A stretch of DNA of 64,000 nucleotides, from contig CM022670.1 in NCBI GenBank assembly GCA_012295275.1, positions 21,452,001-21,516,000 of the forward strand. The letters run 5' to 3'. Every line of letters starts with the position of its first letter. The first letter of the stretch is position 1. This document shows, one piece after another, positions 41,751 to 54,500 of the stretch. Under the pieces are notes generated by a model that was given only the letters and a program-made list of their open reading frames with translations, was not told the origin of the DNA and did not search any database. A program made the position numbers and the translations under genes. Origin of the DNA: Chrysomallon squamiferum (Eukaryota; Animalia; Mollusca).

Positions 41751-43061
41751 CTCATCAACACACACACAGATACACACACACACACAAAGACAAACATATT
41801 TAATTATTACTTTTTATCTTTTTTATTGTTTTTTATTTATTATTATTTTATAATATTAGTTTAAAAACACTTAAGTTATTTACTTTTACGTTTTTTTTTT
41901 CTTAAATTTATTTAGCACTAGAAAGAATACAGGAAAGGATGCCAGATTATGGTAAGAATATTTTTCATTATATAATAATTTGTATATTACTAAGAACTGT
42001 GTGTGAATGTTATCTTTATAAGTAATAACAAGAGGAATATGTTTAATATACTGTTGTTGTTGTTAATAATTCTTTGTGTTTCCAAGAGAATGAAAGAAGA
42101 TAGAAGGGAGATAGAGGGGAAGAGAGAGAGAGTGAATGAGTTTGCACAATTGTCAGTCTGACTGCATATATAGGTTTGTTACAGATGGGGAAATGCAAAC
42201 TATCTATTTCATTTTAAAGTTCAGAATACCTGAAAGAGACCTATTTAAAACCAAAATAGTGTAACAGTTTAGTCATTATTATTTACAAATATTGTTTTCA
42301 AAACAGGTGAAGCTGATATGTGTCAGTTTGGACTTTCCAAACTTAACGATAGAAAATACAAATGGTTTTATTTGTCACTAAAATGGTTATCAGATGTTCA
42401 GAAGGAACTGGAAAAATACGAATGTGTGCATGGCTTAGCCCTAGCCATTTTAAACGTTGAACCAGATGAAATCAATCACATTGTTGGGTAGGTTAATAAA
42501 TGAAGTACTTTATATAATTTTGTACATAGATGTGTTTATAAGAAAACTCCTACATACTGGGGGTATCTTCATTTTGTAATGGTACGGGTAAATTAAAATA
42601 ATAGTCTACTTTGCATTCAGAAAAGTTTTATCCATTATATTTGTCAACATTAAATCTCGATGAAGTTTTAATTTTTTAAAATGTTTTTATAACTAAATTC
42701 ATAATTCATTATGCTTGTTAGTATTTAATTTCCTTATAAGTAAATTCATAAACTCATTATGTTTGCTAATATTAAATTTTGTGTGAGGTTTTGTTTTAAA
42801 TATGAATGTCTTCATGAAGCATCATCATCTTAAGAATACTGAGATTTGATATCTTCATCTCTTTTCAGAAGAAGCTATTCAAATCAGTCACCATTTGATG
42901 CATTATTCAACAAGTTCTGCCATCACAACAAGAAGCTTGGCCATCTGGTGATGTATTTCTCAGAACCAACCAACAAAAGATGTGATATTTTAGAAAAGAT
43001 CAAAGAAATCCATCCTGAATGTCCATTTTGTACTCAATATTATCAAGCCAACAACATTTAA
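32338..43061 (+). CDS. Uncharacterised type-I membrane receptor, about 500 aa: signal peptide, Cys-rich region, Sushi/CCP domain, TM, cytoplasmic death-domain-like module
   Basis: Phase-consistent GT-AG exons: 32338-32345, 34367-34406, 34662-34702, 35066-35134, 35620-35741, 36023-36190, 36375-36473, 38636-38755, 39102-39313, 39654-39816, 40306-40356, 41916-41951, 42307-42487, 42869-43061 (1503 nt, no internal stop). N-terminus MNSYHALKHLIFWMSFILMTVAEA. CCP exon CTKPNFPNGNLFC...CYVQCTDGYAAESPEVECLENGNFRGHIQC is phase 1-1. TM IVIGCVFTVLAVCVLAAIIWY is followed by KKRNK. The domain names are pattern-based inference. Confidence 0.85.
39490..39540 (-). mobile_element. Degenerate Meta-SINE-like core fragment
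   Basis: The reverse complement tgttttccctctctatgggaacgcatatatagaatacccactgcagcta resembles the core at 44150. Confidence 0.4.
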
Positions 43062-43469
43062 AAAAATGTACATATGTGGGAGGTAACATAGCTTACATGT
43101 TAGAATGTCCACAGGTCAAAATGTTCACTTGATAAAACATCCCCATGCAATTTCAGTATCTTGTTTGTGAATGGTAAATAGGCCACTTTTCAGCAGTCAT
43201 TATGTTTTGTGACAGTCTCATTTTATTGTCATCTTTTATTACTATGTATATGTATGACAGGTCACACAAAACAAGTGATATAAATATTGTTTTTCTTGGT
43301 GGTCATGTATGGTTCTTCTTTGACGTTTTTTGAATTGTCAAAGATACATTTAAAAGTGTCTCATTTATAATCATTTCATTGCTACATGTTTTCCTGTCAA
43401 TGGGAACATGTACATAATAGATCATTTTAAGCTAATGGAATTAAGACATCAGCTTTCCTTTTTGATGTC

Positions 43470-43675
43470 ATTTTTATTAATAAAAAAATAAAAAGTAAAA
43501 AGTAATTTTTATTCAAGAAAAAATAAAAAGTACAAATTAATTTTTATTAATGAAAAAATAAAAAGTACAAATTAATTTTTATTATTGAAAAAATAAAATA
43601 TTTAAATTAATTGTTATTAGTGAAAAAATAAAAAGTAGAGATTAATTTTTATTAATGAAAAACTATAAAGTACAA
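43470..43675. repeat. AT-rich minisatellite (about 36-40 bp unit) downstream of the receptor stop codon
   Basis: About 5 copies of tttttattaatgaaaaaataaaaagtacaaattaa. Confidence 0.8.
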
Positions 43676-44147
43676 TTCACAGTCACAACATTTCTGACTG
43701 AACAATGTGGACATTTTTGTGTGGCTTTGTTAACTACACATATGTGTGGTGGCATAGGATAACCAGTGGAATGTTACACAATGTAATTTTGAGTTACAGC
43801 CTATTAATGCAGAGAAACCTTCTCTGAAAACAGGTAATTCTTTGATACGAAATCTGTAATTATTCTGAGAGTTTTGATCCAATTTGGATAATTCAAAAAG
43901 TATTTTGATCAGTACAATGTGGTTTATCTTATTCCACTAAAAACCTGAGTTTTGATAATTTTCGCCACATAGACTGGTTATCCTATGTTGCCAGACATAT
44001 TTTGTTTATAAAGAGAAATGAAAGAGAAATCTCATATATAAATTTATGATTCTGTGCTCTTTCTTCCCTCACCATACTAAACAGGCTGTAAGGCCAAACT
44101 ACTAGTACAGTGTAACTATGTCATGCCCCACAACTAGTTTGTCAAAC

Positions 44148-44252
44148 GTTGTGGTATGTACTGTCCTGTCTGTGGGAAGGTGCATATAAAAGATCCCTTG
44201 CTGCTTATCAATAAGAGTATCCACAAAGTGGTGGCAGCGGGTTTCCTCTCTG
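44148..44252 (+). mobile_element. SINE fragment with Meta-domain-like core
   Basis: gtggtatgtactgtcctgtctgtgggaaggtgcatataaaagatcccttgctgct matches, from recall, the conserved core of MetaSINEs common in molluscs. A related copy lies at about 51161. Confidence 0.7.
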
Positions 44253-44599
44253 ATATCATATAAAACCTATCACAGATGTACACATATTAATACTGATATG
44301 TTAGTTTATTACTAATAATATAGATTTTATTTGTTTGCTTCATTTGGAAAAAAGTCCCGTCTTTTGGCTTTATTTTGTCATTCTCTTTCTTTGGTTTTCT
44401 TTTCTGATCATTCACTCAGCTGTGATTTTTTTTTTTTTTTTTTTTTTACTAAATTCTGGATGTCTTTCAAACAAACATAAATTGTTTTTTAAGAATTTTT
44501 AGCTTCCAAAATGTTTTGTAAAAAATCTCCTGTTGTGTAATGGTTTTGGTTTGAATCACTTATTTGAAAAAGTTTTGCTAAAGGATGAAGATTCTAGAG

Positions 44600-44990
44600 T
44601 ATTGCTTCAAAAGGGTGGTATATTGAAAGAGGAGACCCTCAGACTGTCACGTGACAGCAGTAACCAGACTTAAGTGCCTCCCACTAGGAGTCCTAGTAGC
44701 TGAAATGGAATTTTGACATTTCAATAGCTGGGCATTTAAGAATGAATAAAACTGAGGCAAAATTTATGCAGCATTTCTACTGGCCTGGAATATGTCAGGT
44801 TGTAGTGCAGTTCTGTAGAAACGTGTTACAAATTTTGACTGTTTGGTGAAGGAAATCCATCAGTAAAATGTGTCCCACTTGATCTTGAACCTGCATTTCA
44901 AATGCCATTTAGCTGCATTTTGATTGGTTCTGTTTTGACCATTGCCTGAGTCTAAATCTGGTTTTCACTATTCAGTGATAAATGTGGATA
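44600..44990 (+). mobile_element. Decayed Ty3/Gypsy integrase fragment (zinc finger and core start), copy 1
   Basis: With frameshifts and stops it reads AGHLRMNKTEAKFMQHFYWPGICQVVVQFCR...PSVKCVPLDLEPAFQMPFSCILI..PLPESKSG. This follows the Gypsy GHLG..KT...FYWP...C..C...PL..IP.F..PFS....D.VGPLP.SKSG pattern. Confidence 0.8.
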
Positions 44991-46019
44991 CAAAAATAAA
45001 TAAATAAATAAATCAATAATAGCGATATTATTGAACCAAGCTGGAGTTAGCCAGGTGTTCTGATTCTCACGTCAGACAGTATTTACCAATCCTGTTCTTA
45101 ATACAGGCAGGTAACCTCTGACAAAAAAAAGAGAAGATATTGTTATCTTTTCCCTAGATGTGAAGGTAGCAAATTTTGTTACAAAAGTTAATCTTTTAAA
45201 AAGTCATTGGCAGTCTCATTGACAGATGTTTCTGCTTTTGTAACTTTTATTTATTGAAGTAATGTTATGCACAAAATTAAATGTGCTACATATACTGATG
45301 ATATGATATATAATCTTGAATCAAGTTTGTTGAGAGAGTTGTTGGTCACAGAAACACATTCCCTTTGGTTGTGACAATTTTAAAAATTTGTTAACTTGTT
45401 ATTTTTTAATCGACAATTGACAAGCAACTGTGATAGCTGCTTTACTGTTAACTGCAGAGTTGTTTTCTCTTGTGTTTTCAGTACCTAGCAGTCTTCAGCC
45501 TTGTTTGAACTAAGTGTAATTACACTTCATAAAATCAGTTATAATTCTAGTTATTGGTAATTAATAATTACTTTTAGTTTTGTGACTCTGATCAGTAAAT
45601 AATAATAAGTACAGATGAGCCATTAATTCTTAGCATATGATGCTGCATCCCACTTCAAAAAGAAACCAGATAAGTTTTTTTCCATTTTTTAAATGCAAAT
45701 TTGGTATCCTTTATCATTTAAAAAAGAAAACAAAAGTATAAAAATGTAATATTTATTAAATGAAATATTATTATTATTAATATATATATCTTTTTTATCT
45801 CCAGTGTACCATATCACGTTTGAATAGTGTGCTAGGTATTGCCTTTTTCTAAAAGTTAAAAAGATTATATATATATATAGATAGATTAGTAGTATTAATT
45901 GTTTGATTAAATAATATTTTTCTTTAGATTACTAAACATAAAAAATCTCCTGTTGTGTAATGGTTTTGGTTTGAATCACTTATTTGAAAAAGTTTTGCTA
46001 AAGCATGAAGATTCTAGAG

Positions 46020-46410
46020 TATTGCTTCAAAAGGGTGGTATATTGAAAGAGGAGACCCTCAGACTGTCACGTGACAGCAGTAACCAGACTTAAGTGCCTC
46101 CCACTAGGAGTCCTAGTAGCTGAAATGGAATTTTGACATTTCAATAGCTGGGCATTTAAGAATGAATAAAACTCAGGCAAAATTTTTGCAGCATTTCTAC
46201 TGGCCTGGAATATGTCAGGTTGTAGTGCAGTTCTGTAGAAACGTGTTACAAATTTGGACTGTTTGGTGAAGGAAATCCATCGGTAAAATGCGTCCCACTT
46301 GATCTTGAACCTGCATTTCAAGAGCCATTTAGCTGCATTTTGACTGGTTCTGTTTTGACCATTGCCTGAGTCTAAATCTGGTTTTCACTATTCAGTGATA
46401 AATGTGGATA
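46020..46410 (+). mobile_element. Decayed Ty3/Gypsy integrase fragment, copy 2
   Basis: Duplicate of 44600-44990 inside the tandem repeat. Confidence 0.8.
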
Positions 46411-47966
46411 CAAAAATAAATAAATAAATAAATCAATAATAGCGATATTATTGAACCAAGCTGGAGTTAGCCAGGTGTTCTGATTCTCACGTCAGACAGT
46501 ATTTACCGATCCTGTTCTTAATACAGGCAGGTAACCTCTGACAAAAAAAAGAGAAGATATTGTTATCTTTTCCCTAGATGTGAAGGTAGCAAATTTTGTT
46601 ACAAAAGTTAATCTTTTAAAAAGTCATTGGCAGTCTCATTGACAGATGTTTCTGCTTTTGTAACTTTTATTTATTGAAGTAATGTTATGCACAAAATTAA
46701 ATGTGCTACATATACTGATGATATGATATATAATCTTGAATCAAGTTTGTTGAGAGAGTTGTTGGTCACAGAAACGCATTCCCTTTGGTTGTGACAATTT
46801 TAAAAATTTGTTAACTTGTTATTTTTTAATCGACAATTGACAAGCAACTGTGATAGCTGCTTTACTGTTAACTGCAGAGTTGTTTTCTCTTGTGTTTTCA
46901 GTACCTAGCAGTCTTCAGCCTTGTTTGAACTAAGTGTAATTACACTTCATAAAATCAGTTATAATTCTAGTTATTGGTAATTAATAATTACTTTTAGTTT
47001 TGTGACTCTGATCAGTAAATAATAATAAGTACAGATGAGCCATTAATTCTTAGCATATGATGCTGCATCCCACTTCAAAAAGAAACCAGATAAGTTTTTT
47101 TCCATTTTTTAAATGCAAATTTGGTATCCTTTATCATTTAAAAAAGAAAACAAAAGTATAAAAATGTAATATTTATTAAATGAAATATTATTATTATTAA
47201 TATATATATATCTTTTTTATCTCCAGTGTACCATATCACGTTTGAATAGTGTGCTAGGTATTGCCTTTTTCTAAAAGTTAAAAAGATTATATATATATAT
47301 AGATAGATTAGTAGTATTAATTGTTTGATTAAATAATATTTTTCTTTAGATTACTAAACATAAATTATGTTTTCTTGTCTTTTGTCTTTACCTATGAAAC
47401 TGTATTTAATTATGAACATTTCTTTTACATCTATTAACTTTTGATATTTTATTAATGTACTAATTTTTATAAATATGTAATCTTTTGTATTTTTTAATGA
47501 AAAAAATGAAATAATAATACAAAAAAAAAGAAGAAAAAAATAACGACTAAAAGTGTTTAACAGTAATATTTAATTATATTCACAATTTATATATCCAACA
47601 TTCGATTTTTTTTATAATTTTGCAATATGTATCTCTGTTTTTGCTTTATATGTTTTACATAGGTGTTTTATATATTTTTACTTCTAATTCAAATTACATG
47701 TTATATATTTTAAATATCTATACATTTGTGTAATGGATTAAAATGAGTGATTTGTTTTTAACATATATTATGGTGATATATAATTAAAAAAAAAAAAAAT
47801 AATTGTTGATTTTTGAAAGTATAAATTTAAGAGAAATGTAAATATTTAATGCATACTGAAACAAAATGAGGTATTATGTGTGATATACAGTGTTACAATT
47901 TAATTTAAAAGATGTGTTTTAGCAAGGGCTGGTCCAAGTGTTCTTTTCTTACTTTTATTTATTGAT

Positions 47967-47969
<3 letters not shown>

Positions 47970-48030
<61 letters not shown>
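47970..48030. repeat. (CA)n microsatellite
   Basis: Perfect run. Confidence 0.95.
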
Positions 48031-48033
<3 letters not shown>

Positions 48034-48302
48034 CACACACAGAGAGAGGGTATAACAAAAATAAAAAAATCTAAAAAAAAGTAGAAAAGAAAAATGTGTT
48101 AGAACTTGTACAGAAGAAAAAGAAAATTGTTACTTGAATGTAGACTTTTTCAGTCAGTGGGAATATGAATCTAATCACATCTTGATCACACACACACACA
48201 CATACATACCCCTGGATCTGCTCCTGCTACACATTTCTTTGTTAAACAGTATATGTTTTAACACACATAATTTTTCATGGATTCACATTTTTTTTATAAA
48301 GT

Positions 48303-48515
48303 GTGGTCCAAAAATAGGTGGACAGTATGTGGGTTAGGGTTAGGGTTATATTATTACTTTGGTGTTTATTATAATAATGGTATTTGTGCTATATTATTTA
48401 AAATTTCATAACACATTAAAATTTAATTATCAATGTAATAATTGTATTAGTAAATATTGTATATGTAATCTCAAAATAAATTTTATTATTTACTGTCCAC
48501 CTATTTTTGGACCAC
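48303..48515. mobile_element. MITE with perfect 25-bp terminal inverted repeats and an internal (TTAGGG)n tract
   Basis: GTGGTCCAAAAATAGGTGGACAGTA (48303-48327) and TACTGTCCACCTATTTTTGGACCAC (48491-48515). GGGTTAGGGTTAGGGTTA at 48331-48348. Confidence 0.8.
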
Positions 48516-51160
48516 CCTACATATTAATATATTATATTTGTAATAATTTTGATATGCATATTAATATACTAATTTTTACTCTGTGTGATTAAAGTTATTG
48601 TTAATAAAAATTTTATTGAAAGTTTTAAGTCTCTTGTGATTTTATTTTTGATAATACTGGTTAGATACATTTTGTTATTCATATGTAATTTTTTATATAT
48701 ATATATATATATATATAAAACTATCCATATATTTTCTGTATCCTTTTTGGGTACAAACATTTGACTTTAGTAAAGTATATCAACAGGCAATGATAAAACA
48801 ATATTTCTTAATAATAAAATATGACTATTTAACAAATCCATAAAGAAATATAGATAGTATGGCACACTGACATAAGTGTGCAAGACAATAGCACACAGAT
48901 AAAAGCACTTATGTCGATGCACCCTTGGGTATATATAGATCTAAATGAAAAAAACATCATTTTGATCAAAATTTAATTCTGGCACAAAAGGAATCATAGA
49001 TTTTGACAGTATCGTGAATCACTGTCAAAACTGTTGTTTGTGATCATGAAGTTTAAAATAAAACCATGGCCACAAAAGCATCCCAACGTGACCGAAGACC
49101 TTTTTGAAAACAATTTACTATAAAGCTTGACAGAAACTCAAGTAATGGAAATAGTTCATGGCGCAGTACTTCAGATAAATGGCCAGGTCGGATGCATCTG
49201 AATGATAATAATGAGGTGACAAATATAATGGTGCACAATCATGAGGCTGAAATCGAAGCGAAGCAGTCTGTCTACAATTCGGCAGAGAATCTTAGTTTTC
49301 ATTCACATTACTAGCATGCACACTTTAAACTAGAACTCAGCAAAGTGTCATATCAAGAGGTCAGTGGAATTGTCCAAGAGGCTGATAAATTTCTAGGTGT
49401 CAGTTATGGAAGTGGTTGTACTAGTATAAGAAACTTGTGATCAATATGGATGTTTGTTCTTTTTAAATATTTGTTTTAAATTATCAAAGTTTATTTCCTT
49501 TAAACTGTTAATTTTTTTTATTGATAACATTTATTTATTTATTTTACATGACGGGTTTTAACGAGAGATTAAGGATTCTATGAAGAAGGTGATTGTCTAA
49601 AAATATTGCTTTAAACAAAGAACACAAACATTTGATTCTGTTAATTGTTTATTTCTACTGCAATGTTCATAACAAGTACAAAAGAAAAATAATATAATTT
49701 CCACCTCTTAATGTGTAGACAAAACAAATTTTTTTCCCAGTAATTTATTTTCATTACACACAAATAGTAATATTAAAATTTACCTCTTCCTAAAACAAAA
49801 AAACAAATGTGCATTTTATATATACTTCGAGTATATTTTGATAAAAGCATTTTCATAAAAAAAATCTTATTTGCAACTTGTAAAATACAAAGTTACAATC
49901 TGAAGCATAATTTTCAAAATGGTGTCAAAATGTAATTAAAATAAAAAAGAATTCCAGAAACAACATACGTATCAATGACATGATAATCACAAGACCAGCT
50001 TGCATTTTACTATTATGTACATAATACAGCAAATAATGTTTTAAAAAATTATTTGAAAATAGAAAGATACCAATACTCTTGATAATTTGATCAGGTCTCC
50101 ATTTTATATTATTTACTTACTAAATTTTATTGTTAAGTAATTATCTACGTAAGATACATTAAATCACTTTACAGAATGAAATGCAATGATTACATACATA
50201 CATAAATACATACAAACATTCCAGCTTTGTCTTGTTCAGACTGAAAGTTGACTGCAGTTCAGCATTCTTACCTTCCTTCACAGGATAGCGGTCTTATCTT
50301 AAGAGATTAACCAGTTATTCCTTGCATACACATACTTAATCATTATCTGAAATTATGTAATGAGGTGTATTGGCATTTTGATAAAGCTTTATCTTAGGCT
50401 TAATCAACAAGTCATTGCAAAACAGAATCAATTAATATTAACATTATGTATCAAGCTGAAAAAAAAATCAGTTTGTTTATTCATCTAAACACATAAAAAT
50501 TCAGAATGGAATTTTATATTATTTGAAAAAGACAGATCACAGAATATTCTTTAAATACTGCTGTAACTCATATCACATTAAAATCAACAATTTATGTTTC
50601 ATTCCTTTCCATAACAATCTGTTCTGATAAATAAAGGTTTAAAAGTCTAACAAACGTTTTTTTAATTTTTTATGTTAACACAGTTGGCATTAAAAGTGAT
50701 TGTTTATGAAGACAAAACTATATGTTTCACCTTTTTTTTTTTGTTACAACTGTATAACTCAAGAACAACACTTTACATTTTCAGTTATTAAGCTGTCATT
50801 TTGGTAATCTATATTTTATCAAAACCACAGACTGAGTCTTTCTAAACAGAAAACAAATTTAAAAACATTTTAAAAATACTCTTCAAATACTCACATCTTT
50901 ACAATAATCACAGACAATGAATTATTAATGGTATTCATAGTTAATTAATTCTATGTGCGTTTACGTTCATATTTACAATATAAGGTCAAAGGCAAGCATA
51001 TAAAATACAATGGCATACACAAACATTCTAAAAATATAAACATTTGTTTTCTTTTGGTACCATTCTGAAAAAAATAATCTGCAGTACCTTTGATATTTAT
51101 TATTCTAACTGAAATACTTTCTGCACCAGACAATTTCCTAAAACTAGATTATGAAAGTCC

Positions 51161-51270
51161 ATGGTATGTGTTTTTCCTTTCTGTGAGAAGGTGCACATAA
51201 AAGACAGTTTGCTACTAAAAACAACAACAACTGTTATGCATTAAATGGCAGCAGAAAGTTTTATCTCTCG
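51161..51270 (+). mobile_element. Degenerate Meta-SINE-like copy just downstream of the TRPC stop codon
   Basis: atggtatgtgtttttcctttctgtgagaaggtgcacataaaagac..ttgctactaa is similar to 44148-44252. Confidence 0.55.
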
Positions 51271-51503
51271 CTGTCTTTCTTTTCCTTAAACATTGTTGTG
51301 TACACTTAAAGTCACCTTCATGAATCCATTTTATCAAAGACTTTGGTTAACACGTTCTAAATGGAAAGGTTCACAAAAAGTTATAATCCTTGTTATTAAT
51401 TAACAACAGTATAATCCATGAAACACTGCTAACTGGGTTTCTTTTCTTTTATTAACTTTAGCACAAACTATTTATTGACTCAATAATTAACTTTCAGTAC
51501 CAG

Positions 51504-54500
51504 TCACAGCTGGGTATATAAATGAGTATGGTAAAGGTCAGAGGTCATCTGAGGTAATAACTGAGGCTGAGGAACTATAGTATTCAGTGACCCACGTAAG
51601 ACCTCTTTGACTTCTGACCTCAAGGAATTCACAAGTTCATTTTTGAGATACTCCAGATCCTTTGAGGAGAGCATGCTGGGATAGGCACTGCTGCTGATGT
51701 TATTGTTGGAGACAGCTGTGTGTAAAGGATGCATGCCAGGGTAGGTACCACTGATGTTGTTGTTGGATCCTACTTTCTGAATATGATGTAGAAGTGGACT
51801 GGATGTTGGTGCATTGTTTTGCCGCAGAATGTCAGATTTCAGGTTCTCCATGTAATTCAGTTTTTGTTCTTCTTCCCGCTTTCTGTCAGCTCTTAGTTCA
51901 TATCTTCAAAAAGAAAAAGAAAAAAAGAAAGCTATATATAGATTCAAGAAGGAAGAACATTAATGATTATCCACTTGTCCCGGATTAGTGGTTTTGTGAC
52001 CATGATGAGGACTTTTGTGTTCAGTATGAATTATTTTGTATTGAGGATGAGTGATTTTGAGTATGTGTAAACGCGTGTTTAATATTAACTGCTGCCGTGT
52101 ACCTGAGACTGGAAATATCTTGTTTGATCTCCAGCAGGTCATCCTCATTCACTGCACCTTGTCGTAGTTGTTTCTTGTGTTGATGGATGTAACGACTGAC
52201 CAGTCGTCGCATAACATCCTGTGCAAAAGAGAAAATAAGCAAAATAACTGGTTTTAAAATAGGCATAACATAACAGTGAAGAGACGAAGAAAAGATTGTT
52301 TTTGTTTGTTTCATATATAAAACTAACAAAGACATTGTTTTGATTCTGTTATTCAGTCTTGTAACTATATCCATACATGCAGACATATTAAATTATTTTT
52401 TCTTTTCATTAAGAAGTCTTTATCAGGATGAATAATAATAAAACAACAATGATGATGATGATGATGATAATAATGCCAGAAAGAAGGAGAAGATGAAGGA
52501 TACAGAGTGAGGAAATTAAAAATAACTTTTTACAAATTTATTTACTGAAAACTTTTATTAAATATTCATTACACAATTATCTTAAAAGATTTTACCTGAT
52601 ACTGAAGAGAATCTGGAGGGGGTGGGATCTTTCCTAGAACACTTCCATTGTAGGTGGGTCTCTAGAAAAAAAGTTAAATAATAAAAACAATTCATCATTT
52701 AATGATACATAATCCATGATAATCAGCCAGCTCATCCATCACCAATCAATTTGTTTTGTTTTGCTTCAAACAGTAAAAAAATATTTTAAAACTCACAATA
52801 TGCTAGTTTAATATTTTTTTTAGTGTCATAGACACAGTCTGTCCTGAGTTACTGACAACGTAACTTTTACCAAGAACCCACCCTTTATTTAAAACAATTT
52901 CTCTGAAAGGTCTGTCTGCTCGAAAAGCCATTTTTGTTAATTGACATTAAACTTGTTGTTTTCCCATTTTCATTTCTCACTGAAGCATATATGTTACAAC
53001 CAGTTAAAGATATATGTATTTTTTAATGTTTATCTTTATCTGCCTTGTCATGACTAATCCTACATATTACACTGTAGCCTCTTGTTTGAAGGAGGCTCAC
53101 AGACACACACTACTACCTTCAAGGACCACCTCCACATTCTGCAGACGACGGGTAGGAAACCACTGGTATAGATTCTTATGACTACTAACATTACTTATAG
53201 CATCTTTTGTTTCCTCAATGATCACATCACCATAATCATGATCATCCGGCATTTTCATTACCATCATCACTCTTGTTATGGTAACTTTAGTTTTTCTTGT
53301 CACCAACATTACTTATACCAAAACTTGTATTCATCAAAGTAACTTTTTGAATAGAATCACAGTTTCTATATCTGCTATACTCACAATTTCAGGAGAAGGT
53401 GACTCTCCACTTTCTGTTGTCTGAAAGGTCAACAACTCTCAAATAAACCAAACACAATGTAAACAAGGAAAAAATAAAAATAAAATCTACAACATATATT
53501 AGAACCAAATAAAAGAAACTAATACATAAATAAATAATGATATTATATAAAAAAAACAATAATAATAATAATAATTAAATTAATAATCTAAAATATGTAA
53601 GTAAGGAATATCAAATGATAATTTGAAAATTATTTTTACAAAAAAAAAACAATTTATGTATATTGTATATAATTCTTTAATTAACTGTTAATTATTTTTA
53701 TTTATTATTATTATTATTTATCTGTTTTTTATAATCTTTACATATCAAACAATGCTTCAGATAATCAGTTTTTGTATATGAAATAACTTTAGCTTTATTC
53801 TGTTTCAATGGCTTAAATAAATCTAATTTTATATGGTAGTTAACCATTAATATTTTTCAAATATGAATAAATTCCTGTATTAACAGTGCAGTATAGCAGT
53901 ATAGAAATACTATTAAACAAAATCCTGCCATGTAAAACAGTAATTAAAAATAATAATTTATTACACTCAACACTGGGAGGAAACAGAGAGTAATGGAAAG
54001 ATAACTCTGCTGGTGCTGTTATTTAAAGAAGGATGTGAGAAAAAGAACATTTAAGCTTCATGAGATGGAATAAACACATTTTATAAACTTCTGCATGAAT
54101 TTTTTACTTTTATTATTTATTTAGTTATTTATATTATTATTATTATTTTATTTTTTTCAAAGTGCACCTATCATAGGACCTACACACAGAAGAAATTCAT
54201 TTTATTTCCAGTCAATGTTACTTTAACGATTTTGATTTTTTTTTTTTTCTGATTGGATTATTATTTACTGCATGTTGGTATAATTTTGATTTCAACACAC
54301 ATGCACTCTAAACAACCACAAAATCCCGTTGACTTCCTGGTTCTCTCTACAGAGATCAGAAATACAAGAACGTAGTTACTCGAAGATGAAAGAAAGCTGA
54401 ATTGTTTAAATTTAAAAAATGATTAATGGAAAGGAGAGTACATGGAAGTTTCTTCTAACTGAGAAGTGACTGTGAAATGTCTGAGAAAAAGAAAGAAAAT

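Larger units (their letters stand above)
44521..47362. repeat. Near-identical direct tandem duplication, 2 x about 1420 bp (44521-45940, 45941-47362)
   Basis: Both copies start aaaaatctcctgttgtgtaatgg and end gattactaaacata. About a dozen substitutions are visible, plus one TA-repeat length difference. Confidence 0.97.

Noticed and set aside
49001-49030. Hairpin ttttgacagt-N10-actgtcaaaa
   Set aside because: A 10-bp stem in AT-rich DNA is plausible by chance and has no supporting context.
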